DNA from: Somniosus microcephalus
Lineage: Eukaryota
DNA: 64,000 bases
Direction of reading: 5' to 3'
Assembly (NCBI GenBank): GCA_052327205.1
Contig: CM126204.1
Location: 302,498,001-302,562,000 of the forward strand
Shown here: positions 1 to 12,905 of the stretch, piece after piece
Position numbering within the stretch: position 1 is the first letter of the stretch
Layout of the letters: the number at the start of each line of letters is the position of its first letter
Notes under the pieces: generated by a model
Databases searched by the model: none
Told to the model about the DNA's origin: nothing
The model's input: only the letters and a program-made list of their open reading frames with translations
Translations under genes and position numbers: made by a program

Positions 1-433
1 CAAATACACCACATCCACTGGTTCCCCCTTATCTATTCTGCTAGTTACAACCTCAGAAAACTCTTAACAGATTTGTCAAACATGATTTCCCTTTTATAAA
101 TCCGTGTTGACTCCGCCCAATTCTATTATTATTTTCTAAGTGCCCTGTTACCATGTCCTTAATAATAGATTCTAGCATTTTCCCTACTACTGATGTCAGG
201 CTAACTGATTTGTAGTTCCTTGTTTTCTCTCTCTCTCCTTTCTTAAATAGTGGGGTTAAATTTGCTACCTTCCAATCCGTGGGAACCGTTCTAGAATCTA
301 CGGAATTTTGGAAAATGACAACCAACGCATCCCCTATCTCTATAGCCACCTCTTTCAAAACTCTAGGATGTAGGCCATCAGGTCCAGGGGATTTATCTGC
401 TTTCAGTCCCATTAATTTCCCCAGGGCTATTTT
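1..433 (-). mobile_element. CR1-clade (HER1-like) LINE fragment, N-terminal RT region, running off the window edge
   Basis: ORF 53..457 encodes KLMGLKADKSPGPDGLHPRVLKE...QHGFIKGKSCLTNLL, typical CR1 ORF2 and nearly the same as the ORFs at 2462 and 14513. Confidence 0.9.
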
Positions 434-1890
434 CCAGTCATGAATGGTGGTGGACAATTAAACAACTAACGGGAGGAGGAAGCTCTATGAACATCCCCAT
501 CCTCAATGATAGCAGAGCCCAGCATGTGAGTGCAAAAGATAAGGCTGAAGTGATTGCAACCATCTTCAGTCAGATGTGCTGAGTGGATGATCCATCTTGG
601 CCTCCTTCTGAGGTCCCCACCATCACAGATGCCAATCTTCAGCCAATTTGATTCACTCCACGTGATATCAAGAAATGGCTGAGCGCATTGGATACAGCAA
701 AGGCCATGGGCCCCGACAACATCCCCGCTGTCGTGCTGAAGATTTGCACTGCAGAACTAGCTGCGCCTCTAGCCAAGCTGTTCCAGTACAGCTACAACAC
801 TGGCATCTACCTGACAATGTGGAAAATTTCCAGGTATGCCCTGTCCACAAAAGGCAGGATAAATACAATCCGGCCAATTACCACCCCATCAGTCTACTCT
901 CAGTCATCAGCAAATTGATGGACGGTGTCGTCGACAGTGCTATCAAGCGGCACCTGCTCACCGATGCTCAGTTTGGGTACTGCCAGGACCACTCAGCTCC
1001 AGACCTCATTACAGCCTCGGTCCAAACATGGACAAAAGAGCTGAACTCCAGAGGTGAGGTTAGAGTGACTGCCCTTGACATCAAGGCAGCATTTGATCGA
1101 GTGTGGCATCAGGACCCCTAGTAAACCTGAAGTCAATGGGAATCTGGGGGAAAATGCTCCACTGGCTGGAGTCATACCTAGCACAAAGGAAGATGGTTGT
1201 GGTTGTTAGAGGCCAAATCAACATCCCGGGAGGCACCATTGACCAGAAACTTAACTGGACCAGCCACATAGATACTGTGCAACAAGAGCAGGTCAGAGGC
1301 TGGGTATTCTGTGGCGAGTGACTCACCTCCTGATTCCCCAAAGCCTTTCCACCGTCTACAAGGCACAAGTCAGGAGTGTGATGGAATACTCTCCATTTAC
1401 CTGCATGAGTGCAGTCCCAACAACACTCAAGTAGCTCGACACCATCAGGGCGAAGCAGCCCGCTTGATTGGTACCCCATCCACCACCTTAAACATTCACT
1501 CCTTCACCACTGATGCACCATGGCTACAGTGTGTACCATCTACAGGATGCACTGCAGCAACTCGCCAAGTCTTCTTCAACAGCACATCCCAAACCCACGA
1601 TCTCTACTGTCTAGAAGGACAACGGCAACAGGTGCAAGGAAACACCATCACTTTGAAGTTCCCCTCCAGGTCACACACCATCCTGACTTGGAAATATGTT
1701 CCTTCATCATCGCTGGGTCAGACTCCTGGAACTCCCTCCCTACAGCACTGTGGGAGTACCTTCACCACAAGGACTACAGTGGTTCAAGAAGAAGGCAGCT
1801 CACCACCACCTTCTCAAGGGCAATTAAGAATGGGAAATAAATGCTGGCCTTGCCAGCGCCACCCACATCCCATGAATGAATAAAAAAAAA
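434..1890 (+). mobile_element. Second CR1-group LINE family; 5'-truncated, internally deleted, with its 3' tail
   Basis: Fragmented RT motifs (KAMGPDNIPAVVLK, NPANYHPISLLS, DIKAAFDRVWHQ). The PQGS/YADD region is missing near 1215. It ends in AATAAA...CCCATGAATGAATAAAAAAAAA. Confidence 0.85.
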
Positions 1891-1989
1891 GCTATGCATG
1901 GTATGAATAGAATCCACAAGGGCAAAAGAGAGAAATTGGGAATTAACTAATGATGATTCTGGGGTTTCTTCTAAGATGGCCAACCAAAG

Positions 1990-4290
1990 ATGCCTTGTAG
2001 TAAGGGGGCCTTTAGGGAAGAGTGACCATAATATGATAGAATTTTATATTGAGTTTGAAAGTGATTTAGTTAAGTCCGAAACTCGGGTCTTAAACCTAAA
2101 CAAAGCAAACTACATAAGTATGAGGGGCGAGTTGGCTAAGGTAGACTGGGAAACTACATTAAAAGGTATGATGGTAGACAAGTAATGACTAACCTTTAAA
2201 GAATTAATACATAATTTACAACAAATATACATTCCTTTAAGGCACAAAAACCCCACAGGGAAAGTGGTCCAACCGTGGCTAACAGGAGAAGTGAATGATA
2301 GCATTAGATCAAAGGAAGAGGCTTATAATGTTGCCAAAAAGAGTAGTAAGCCTGAGGATTGGGAGGATTTTAGAATTCAGCAAAGGAGGACCAAGAAAAT
2401 GATAAAGAAAGAGAAAAAATAATGAGAGTAAATTAGCAAGAGCCATAAAAACAGATTGTAAATGTTTTTAAAGGTAGTAAATAGGAAGAGATTAGATAAA
2501 GTAAACGTGGGCCCATTGGAGGCAAAGACTGGAGAAATTATAATGGGCAATAAGGAAATGGCAGGGACATTAAACAAGTATTTTGTAACTGTCTTCACGG
2601 TAGAGGACACAAAAAACATTCTGGAAATAATGGGGAACCAAAGGTCTAGAGAGAATGAGAAACTTAAAGAAATCAGTCTAAGTAAAGAAATAGTGCTGGA
2701 GAAATTAATGGGACTAAGTGGCGACAAATCCCCTGGACCTGACGACCTGCATTCTAGGGTTTTAAAAGAGGTAGCTGCCGAGATAGTGGATGCACTGGTA
2801 TTAATCTTCCAGAATTCCCTAGGTTCTAGAACAGTCCCCAAGGATTGGAAGGTAGCAAACATAACCCCGCTATTTAAGAAAGGAGGAAGAGAAAAAACAG
2901 GGAACTATAGGCCAGTTAGCGTGACATCAGTAGTAGGCAAAATGCTAGAATCAATTATTAGGGACGTGGTAACAGAGTACTTAGAAAATCGTAATATGAT
3001 TGGGCAGAGTCAACATGGTTTTATGAAAGGAAATCGTGTTTGACAAATCTGTTTTTTGAAGTTGTAACTAGTAGGATGGATAAGGGGTGAACCAGTGGAT
3101 GTAGTGTATTTGGATTTTCAAAAAGCATTCGATAAGGTGCCACACAAGATTAGGACTCATGGGATTGGGGGGTAAGATACGTGCATGGACTGAGGATTGG
3201 TTATTGGACAGAAAACAGGGAGTAGGAATAAATGGGTCATTTTCGGGTTGGCAGGCTGTAACTAGCGGGGTACCGCAAGGATCAGTGCTTGGGCCTCAGC
3301 TATTTACAATTTATATTAATGACTTAGAAGAAGGGACTGAGTGTAATGTATCCAAGTTTGCTGATGATACAAAGTTAGATGGGAGTGTAAGCTGTGAGGA
3401 GGACGCAAAGAGGCTACAGAGAAATATAGTCAGGTTGACTGAGTGGGCAAGAACATAGCAAATGGAATACAATGTGGGGAAGTGTGAAGTTATCCACTTT
3501 GGTAGGAAAAACAAAAAAGCAGAATATTTTTTTGAATGGAGAGCGACTGGGAAATCTTTGCATTCAGAGGGACCTGGGTGTCCTTGTACATGAATCTCAG
3601 AATGTTAACATGCAGGTACAGCAAGCAATTCAGAAAGCAAATGGTATGTTAAGCTTTTGTTACAAAGGGATTAGAGTATAAGAGTAAAGAAGTCTTACTA
3701 CAATTATACAGGGCAGTGGTGAGGCCACACCTGGAGTACTGTGTACAGTTCTGGTCTCTTTACCTAAGGAAAGACATATTTGCCTTGGAGGGAGTGAAAC
3801 GAAGGTTCACTGGATTGGTTCCTGGGATGAGGGGATTGCCCTATGAGGAGAGATTGAATAGACTAGGCCTATATTCCCTAGAGCTTAGAAGAACGAGAGG
3901 TGATCTAATTGAAACATATAAAATTCTTAAGGGGCTTGGCAGGGTTAATGCTCAGAAAATGTTTCCCCTGGTTGGGGAATCTAGAACACGGGGTCACAGT
4001 CTCAGAATAAGGGGTCGGCCATTTAGGACTGAGATGAGGAGAAATTTCTTCACTCAAAGGGTTGTGAATCTTTGGAATTCTCTACCCCAGAGAGCTGTGA
4101 ATGCTCGGTCATTGAGTATATTCAAGACAGAGATAGATATGTTTTTGGGAACTTAGAGAATTAAAGGATATGGGGATAGTGCAGGAAGGTGGAGCTGAGG
4201 TAGAAGATCAGCCATGATCTTGTTGAATGGTGGAGCAAGCTTGAAGGGCCAAATGACCTACTCCTGCTCCTATTTCTTATGTTCTTATGC
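1990..4290 (+). mobile_element. CR1 (HER1-like) LINE, 5'-truncated, decayed ORF2 and 3' tail
   Basis: ORF fragments run in order from the endonuclease end (PLGKSDHNMIEF) through RT ([18 protein letters not shown]) to RRNFFTQRVV, with many stops and frameshifts. The tail ends CTCCTGCTCCTATTTCTTATGTTCTTATG. Confidence 0.95.
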
Positions 4291-5239
4291 CACTTACCGG
4301 AAAACTGAGGTTTTTGGAAGAAATTTATATTGTGATCAATTCTTTGATTCCAGTAGGATAGATTGCACATTTTATTGGAAAAAGGCAGAGGAACAAAATG
4401 TGCAATCCAGTGCAACTGAGGTCCTTATAAGTGCTGCATAATATTTGTATTTTAAACCATTCTCCCAACTTGCAAAGAGGAAATCAAATCAAATACCCAT
4501 GTACTGCAATGAAAGAATAAGAATTTCAAATATAGAAGAGTGTAAGAAATATATTTGACATATGTAGCTGATTGTATTGAAAAATGCAATAGATAAAATT
4601 GAATCAGAAAGACGGGCTTAGTTTGGAAATACGCAGAGATAAATTATTGGACTTTTTTTGTAATCCTCTTTCATTTTGATGCCTTCTTGACTTAACTGGG
4701 GATCATTGCTGGAAGAACAGAATCCATCTAGCTGAGTTTTAAACTGACAATTGTGTTGTTGACTTTTCCACAAACTTGACAAATGGAAAGACTAAAATAT
4801 AAAAGGTTCATTTACACCTCCCCACAGTTGTCATTTGATCATCAATACTAACTCTTCGTGTACCCTACTCTGGAATCTAAGGCATTGTATTTCTATGGGG
4901 CCTCTGCACAGTTACCATACCTTACTGAGGGTAACTACTTACTATTGCAATACAAATTGTGTCATTTAAATGAATGGAAGGTTGAGCACTGCTGTAGCTG
5001 GGTCAGAATGGAGAGATGCTATCCATAGCCTTCCATCACCTCCAACTTAAATTAGTGATGCGTAGAACAGGTTCTCACACACATAGGATGGCCAACACAA
5101 ATTATTGGTAGTTTCTTACTCAAAAAACCTGAATGGAATGGCAACCCTTGATATCCACAATCCCTGTGATTTACCCCAAATTTAAACATTAGCCTGTTAT
5201 GAAAGTTAGAAGGTTGTGGCCTCAGTGTCTCTATAATAA

Positions 5240-5390
5240 TAACCAGTGGTTCAGATCAACACTAAAGATCCCATGGCATTATTTGATGTAGAATAGCTGC
5301 TACATTTGCCAAAATATCACAGGGTTTAAAAAGTAATTGATCATGTAAAGCACTTTGAGACATTTCAACATGATAAGGTAGCATATTTCT
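5240..5390 (+). mobile_element. Highly degraded DeuSINE-like fragment
   Basis: AAAGATCCCATGGCATTATTTGA and TGTAAAGCACTTTGAGACAT resemble the better copies at 24012 and 29870. Confidence 0.45.
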
Positions 5391-6166
5391 TATAGAAACT
5401 ATTGTATTTTAACCCCTGGATCCTCCTTTTGTTGCAATAGTACATTTTGCCATCGGTTTCGAACATATTTTTTTAAGTAGTATATTACTGTACAACTTTT
5501 CGATCCATCCCAGAATTTATTAATTTACAATGAAAAACACAGTCCTTCATTTTTACAGTTATGAAGTCTTGCTCCATTGAAAAAGCCATGTTACCTCAAA
5601 ATGCTGTGCGCAGGTATAGAAATTTTCTTTTTCTTGTAAATGCTTATTTTTTAACCTTTTTTTGTAAATTGAGTTGCTATTTTGGATGACCTGGCTCAGA
5701 CTTCTGTCAGTGCACCTGCACATTGGATGCTCAAAGACATTGAAGAATTATTGACTTGTGGCATTTTATTCTTCTTCAGAAATATGCAGCCAGTTAATTT
5801 TTATGATATGTGATAAACAGAAATGCACAGTTTGAAAGCTGCAGATGGCTTTAAATTGTCAGAGGACAAAATCCCTCCAGATACCTTGCTCCTGAGGCTC
5901 AGTTATGACCATGTGTCACATAGAACAGGTGAACAGACTGCCTGGCTCCCAAAACCTAGGCTATTGGGTGGATTGGTTGGTAAGAATTATGCCCCAAGGA
6001 GGTGAAAAACTAGGCTGGCAGACACTTTCTCACCCATCCTAGACACCTGATAACTAACAGAAACTTGTCCCACACACTGTACTAGAAGGCGTGGATCTGA
6101 GTATTGATGATCAGTCAGGTTGACCCTATTATGTAAGTGAACCACCACTTTTACCACTGCTCTGAC

Positions 6167-6979
6167 GTATACTGCCATCAACTCTGACCTATACTGCCAT
6201 CAACTCTGACCTATACTGCCATCAACTCTGTCCTATACTGCCATCAACTCTGACCTATACTGCCATCAACTCTGTCCTATACTGCCATCAACTCTGACCT
6301 ATACTGCCATCAACTCTGACCTATACTGCCATCAACTCTGACCTATACTGCCATCAACTCTGACCTATACTGCCATCAACTCTGACCTATACTGCCATCA
6401 ACTCTGACCTATACTGCCATCAACTCTGACCTATACTGCCATCAACTCTGACCTATACTGCCATCAACTCTGACCTATACTGCCATCAACTCTGACCTAT
6501 ACTGCCATCAACTCTGACCGATACTGCCATCAACTCTGACCTATACTGCCATCAACTCTGTCCTATACTGCCATCAACTCTGACCTATACTGCCATCAAC
6601 TCTGACCTATACTGCCATCAACTCTGACCTATACTGCCATCAACTTTGTCCTATACTGCCATCAACTTTGTCCTATACTGCCAACAACTCTGACCTATAC
6701 TGCCAACAACTCTAACCTATACTGCCATCAACTCTGACCTATACTGCCATCAACTTTGTCCTATACTGCCAACAACTCTGACCTATACTGCCATCAACTT
6801 TGTCCTATACTGCCATCAACTCTGTCCTATACTGCCATCAACTCTGACCTATACTGCCAACAACTTTGTCCTATACTGCCATCAACTCTGACCTATACTG
6901 CCAACAACTCTGACCTATACTGCCAACAACTCTGACCTATACTGCCAACAACTCTGACCTATACTGCCATCAACTCTGA
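6167..6979. repeat. Minisatellite, 22-bp unit CTATACTGCCATCAACTCTGAC, about 37 copies
   Basis: Head-to-tail units are directly visible, with a few recurring variants (TGTC, AAC, TTTG). Confidence 0.98.
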
Positions 6980-9900
6980 ATGAATGCACAGCAACCATGA
7001 TTCCCTCGTTAATAATGAAACACTGGAAATACCCCCCTCACCAATAGAACACACCCATTCCTTTTTTGTATGGCTTTCAAAGACATTAGTTTTGTTTTAA
7101 TACATTGAATCATTAGGCATGAAATCCTCATTGGGAAAAATAATGGATGTGAAGTAGAGAGCAGTTTTAAACACTAGAAGCACACACAGTGCTAAATGAA
7201 GTAAGGTAACATTTAGAAATGAATTAGGGACAAGAAGGCCTCCAGCATAATTTATATCCAAAATTCAAGGTTTGAAATGCTTCCCCGTAGTTTACTGCAG
7301 ACCTCCTGCAATGGTATAAATAACACTGGGGGTCTGGTATTTCTTTTATAAATATACTTTTCATCTGCAGTTTTATACAAAACCTGAAACTACACAGAGA
7401 TTGATGAAATCTATAATGCGTTCAGTGGGAGGCTAGAAAGAATTTTCTCTTTCAATAAAAGGCTCTGACCGTGGGGGGCGGAGGCAGGGGCAGGGGGTTG
7501 GTGGGGAGAGATTATTTTAACCTGAAGGCATGGTTTTATAAAAAAACAGGGAGGCCAGGTAGGGTATACACTCCACAGGCTGGGTGCCAGTTGTAAAAAG
7601 ATAGAGAATAGGGCTTGAAGTTTTTCTGCTATGCATGAACAAAGAATAAGACAATGGGATATTTATTAGAACTTTGATTTAGTGCTGAAATCTGCTCTCT
7701 GACCTGAAAGAAATCTGTGTTCACAGTCTAAAAGGCTTCATGGGGAAAGACCAAAGTGATGCAAGCCATCTGCATTGGGCTCCATGCCAGTCGTTTGCCA
7801 GTATGCTTAGGCCACCTGGCTCAATGCACAGCCAAGTATGCCAGCGACTAGCCAGCCTCACCCCTCGGGCCGCTGGCTTTCAGCTCTTTTGAAACCCAGG
7901 GACCCAGAAACTATGTTCAAACTCTCCCTTGCCGACATCTTTGTCTGTCGGCAGACAGACTGTGTAGTCATGAGCAGCAGACAGTAAGCTGGGCTCGCTC
8001 CGAGTGAGCTCATTCTTTGTCTGTAGAAGAATTCAATACTGGTGCATTGTCACTATGCTATCACCTGGACCGTGAGACTGGCACAGAGCAATAGGCAGAA
8101 GACTGTACCATGTGCTGTGATAAAGGACATGTTGAATGATTATAGGCTCAATGCCAGCTGCTTCAAAACCCAGTTGACTTGTTAACTCTTTAGGACGTTT
8201 GTGCTCTGTAACACTATGTTCCTTTACATAAGAAAGAAAATTGTAAAGTGAAAAATAGTGATATTTTTAAGCAGATTAAAAGGCAATATATTATCTCTCT
8301 TTAGTGGGATTTTGAACCACAGCTTTTTATTTGAAAAAGGAGTTACACCTGAAGTGAACTCCAAATTTGTTTGCATTGTACGTTCTTGTTCTGAAGAACA
8401 ATTATGTCATTTGATAGGACTCCTTGAGAACCTTCATTACAATTTAAAACATGAATGCAATTTGTAGGTGATGTTGTCATGATTATATATTGATTGCTAT
8501 GATACTGTTACACTGTTATGGTAATAGTAATAGCATTTCTTTCATACCCATTGCAGGTTTGTGTCTTAGAAGAAAATGCCAGACTAATTTGTTGCTCATA
8601 GGATGGAATATTTTGTTATATCACAATTGGGTTGGGAGTGGGGGTGGGGGGTGCGGGGAAGGGTGCTGACAGTGTGGTGTATGTGTAGTGAATTTGTCCT
8701 ATTCAGCATTAAATTGCAGCCACCGGTCTCAGACCAGTAGCTCAGGTTTCAGCCAAGTGGTACACATTTATACTGCCTGGTCAAAATCTACTGCCCGAAA
8801 GAGAGCTCTACACATGAGTGCTGACATGCATGGGACGTTTGCATAAAAGGAGCGAGCATCTGCTCCATTTATGATGCTTGGTAAGTTAGGTGGGGTGGAG
8901 CTGGCAGGCTGGTCTGGGTGAAGAAATAATTTTGAGTCCAGTTGTGCTTTTTGGTCAAATTGCCATTTTCCTAATAGCAGTCAATCTTCTGCCTTTGGGG
9001 AATGGCATTGTGGGCCACACTTACAGCACTTACACAGCCAGTATTTCTGCATCATTGGCAATACAGGGGAAAATTGGTGAGATCCCCGGCAGAGACCATC
9101 TTCCCATCAGCCCCACCTCATACTGTGACATTCTGATCGATGGGTGACAGGTGGAAGAAGTGCCTGCCCACCCTCTAATTGGAATTTTTCTAGATGGGGA
9201 GCAGTGGGGGAGGTCAAGTGGAAACAAGTACTGGCCCAAATTCCTTCCTTCCCCAATCGACTTGCATGATTTCCACACTAAATTCAGTGTAGAATTTCTG
9301 CGCTTTAGTGTTTACACAGTGCAGGTAGCCGCATTTAAGTTATTTGCTGGTAGGTTTAAAATTATTCCAGGAGATCCCAAGGACCTGCTGGGCACTTATT
9401 ACACCCGGTGTGAGACTGCACTGAATTTACAATCCATGAAATGTCAAAATCAAGTGATGTGGGATTATGCCCATCAGAGATTCTGATTCTGCCTTGCTCT
9501 GGAGTCAGTTTGGGCCCTGACCTACTACAGGGGTCATTTTCCAACTTTGTGCTGCTGGCAGGGAGCCTTGTCTGTCGGGGATGCTAATCGTAAATATGGA
9601 CAAGTTCTGCGCACATTCCACCATTTAAAATAAAGGTCAGAACACTGTGTATAATATGTGCTCATATTTCCACCATGTATTTCTGGATCCTGTCTGTAGT
9701 CCAAAGTTGAAAAAATTATCCTGTACAATTTTAATAATTATATTCATATTTGCCATTGAGTGCATAAGTCTAAAATAAGGAGAAAGTGAAAATGTAAATA
9801 TAGTTGTGTTGTGCAAAACACAGAAGCCCCTTCGATGTGCAGTTTCTTTGGCAGGTGTGCACAGTTAATATCTAGGAATACATCATCTGCAGAAATTTTG

Positions 9901-11384
9901 TTTTACATTTGTGTTATGAAATGGAATCAAGGAAATGTTGTATTCTCTTATAAATGAAAAATTGCTGCTTTGTATAATAATTTGGCCCTAAGATGATTGC
10001 AGTACTCTTCAGTTGGTTAAACATCCTGGATTGCAAACACAACTTTTGTTTGAAATGATGTGCTGCAGTGTTTCCCTACTGCTAGTACTGTATTTGAGAA
10101 TGAAATGGGGGAAGGATTATTTCCAAGTATAAACTGGCAGTCACTTTTCTGTTATCAGTGGGCCAACTTGGTTTGTAGAATTTGTTCTATCAGGCTGCCT
10201 TCCTTTTAAGAAGCTCCTGTCACGGATCAGACAGGTCAAGTTGCAAGTCAATGGCTAATCAGCTCACACAGCAGATTGTCTGCCTTCAGCTTGAATTATC
10301 TCAGTCAGACATCCTGGCTAGTTCCGTCACAAATGTCTGATGGCTTAAGCCTGGAAGGACCCAGAGCTTGGCAACCACTAAGCCAGAGATGAAAAAAAAT
10401 AAGAAATCCTATCTCGATTGGTACTTTTCCCATCTTGGTTCCCCCACTGAAGATCGATGGGCTGATCAATAGCTGGTTTTGAGTTGTTCATCTTGCTGCA
10501 GACTGGTTTTAATGGAAACCTTGTGGCTCAGCATGGGCTTTTATCGTGTGTCGGAGGGGTTTGATTTCTACTGCAGCTGGCCTAGGCTTGATTTGATTCC
10601 CAGTGACAGCTTATGTAACTTGAGTAGGGAAGAGAATCAACATTAACAAGTACTAATCGATCTCAACACGGTTACTTAGCTGAAACAAATATTTCTGTTT
10701 TGGAAAAAAATACCTGAACATGGAGTTATTGCATTGCTTCTTTCAGAACAGTAATGGGTTGTAAAAGAAATGGTTCAGCCTCAGAGCAACATACAGTAGC
10801 ATTGTTTACTGTGTCACCAGGCATGAGTCTTTAAGTTATATGAGTCACTGCTTATGAAGTGGAATTTTTAAGGACAGACTGGTAACCATTTGCAGTTTCA
10901 AGCTATCTGCATTGCGAATTATGTAAAATGATTGATTCAGGGAATCTTCTGTCTGCCATATATGAAATTAAAGCTCTAGCCAGTTTAATTTTTTTTTGAA
11001 AACAGAGTTGCCTTGGGGCTGTTGGTCAACAAGTTCAGAGGACACTCACCCCTGCCAGGGAAAAAGAGCTGCTCCATCCAGAGACTCAGTGAAGTTTAGT
11101 TTAGTTTTAAACACGTCATTCAGGCCTTCAGAAATGTAAGAACAGTTCGGATATCTGCGTAAAGGTAGGCTTGTCATGATTAACTGTTCAGGCTACGTCT
11201 AGTCAGTTGGAATTGAGTATTGGTCAATTAATCTACTGGTTTATTTTAAGGAATATATGTCATTTTCTGTATATAGAGCAGTAATTACATTGCTGTTTCA
11301 AAATGGCCAGTATGGTAAGCCATGTATATAAAGGGCCACTGTTCCTTGCTCCAGGGAAAAAGAAACTCAACTATCATACATTCA

Positions 11385-11675
11385 GAATTAGAAGTTAGAA
11401 ATATAAGATAGTCACTAATAAATCCAATGAGGAATTGAGGAGAAACTTCTTTACCCAGAGAGTGGTCAGAATGTTGAATTTGCTATCACAGGGAGTAGTT
11501 GAGGCGAATAGCATCGATGAATTTTAGGGATCGCTAGATAAGTACATGAGACAGAAAGGGATAGAAGGATATGCTGATAGGGTTAGATAAAGTAAGGTGG
11601 AAGGAGGTTTGTGTGGAGGATAAACACTGGTAGTTGAGCCGAATAGCCTGTTTCTGTGCTGTTAGTTCTGTGTAA
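11385..11675 (+). mobile_element. Degraded CR1 LINE 3' end
   Basis: AGGAGAAACTTCTTTACCCAGAGAGTGGT (RRNFFTQRVV), followed by the tail GCCGAATAGCCTGTTTCTGTGCTG. Confidence 0.8.
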
Positions 11676-12099
11676 TTCAACTTTGCATGGAGTTGCATGT
11701 GGTACTTATCAATATGATAGGTTAATGTATTCATAGTGGGAGAGGGAAATGGTATTTATTTATAATCTTAAAATGTGCTTTATCATTATTTTGGCTAGCA
11801 TAGGCAATATTCGAATTATGTTTCAAATTTACCGTTTTTGATGGCATGGCAAACTTGTCACAAAGTTCTCTCCAGCTTGTTTTGAGAAGTATTCTGGATT
11901 ATTATTGTCAGTCCATTCTTGGGGGCTCCCAGAAGAAAACATGATGCCCGGTATGACTGTAGCTGTCTCACTTTGATTGTGGTAGTGGAATCTTCAAGAA
12001 AACAAACAAGTAGTCCAAATAGTAATTTCTTGCAAAAACTACAAAGTAAAGCAAGTAGCATCATTATTCAAACCACCATTACAGTAGGCTCTAAGGAAA

Positions 12100-12905
12100 T
12101 AACCATCATCAACCTCAAGTGGCTTCTGTTGTCCAATAGAGATGACCTCATAATTCCTCCGATAATGAAGCAGCCCATGCCAACCTAACTTCCAAGCTCG
12201 GAATAACAAGTAACAGGTAGCATTCACACCAAATAAGTGCCAGGTATTTGGCCATCTTGAACAAGAGAGAGCCCAACCATTTCTCCTTAACCTTCAATGA
12301 CACCACCATCGCCGAGTCTTCGATCATCAACATCTTGTGGGTCACCATTAATGAGAAGCTTCACTGGACCAGCTATATTAATGCTGGCTACAAGAGCAGG
12401 GCAGAGACCAGGTGCTCCTGATCTTTCAAAGCTTCTCAACCATCTTCAAAGCTCAAGTCAGGAATGTGATGGAATACTCACCACCACTCGACTGGACCGA
12501 TGCAGCCGTAATTAAACTTGACACCATCCAGGACAGGCAGTTCGCATGATTGGTGCCCCTACCACTGGACTCAATATTTCACTCCCTCCACCACTAAGCA
12601 ACTTTGATTGCAGTATGTATGATCTACAGGATGCACTGCAACAACTTTGGCAGCACCTCCTTCCCCTGTGATTACAGAGCAGGATAAGATCGGCAATGTC
12701 ATGGGAACATCATCATCTCCAAGTCGCACATTGACCTGATATGGAGATATATCACATTTCCTTCATTGTCACTGGCCCAATATCCAGCACCATTGCGGGA
12801 ACACCCTGGGTACACAAATTGCAAAGGTTTAAGGAGAAGGCCCACCACCACATGTCAATAAATGCAGCCTTGTCAGCATTGATCACATTCTGAGAACAAA
12901 TAATA
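12100..12905 (+). mobile_element. Old copy of the second CR1-group LINE family (same family as 434-1890)
   Basis: Colinear matches: CAAGTCAGGAATGTGATGGAATACTC, ATCTACAGGATGCACTGCA, AATAAATGCAGCCTTGTCAGC. Confidence 0.75.

Noticed and set aside
1311-1883. 190-aa ORF as a host gene
   Set aside because: It is an alternative frame of the decayed LINE 3' region that recurs at 53955-54410.
6167-6979. CRISPR-like array
   Set aside because: The units are contiguous with no unique spacers, there are no cas genes, and the context is vertebrate.
11007-11140. Candidate coding exon (LPWGCWSTSSED...)
   Set aside because: Splice-like ends exist, but the peptide is unrecognisable and does not join neighbouring candidates into a coherent ORF.
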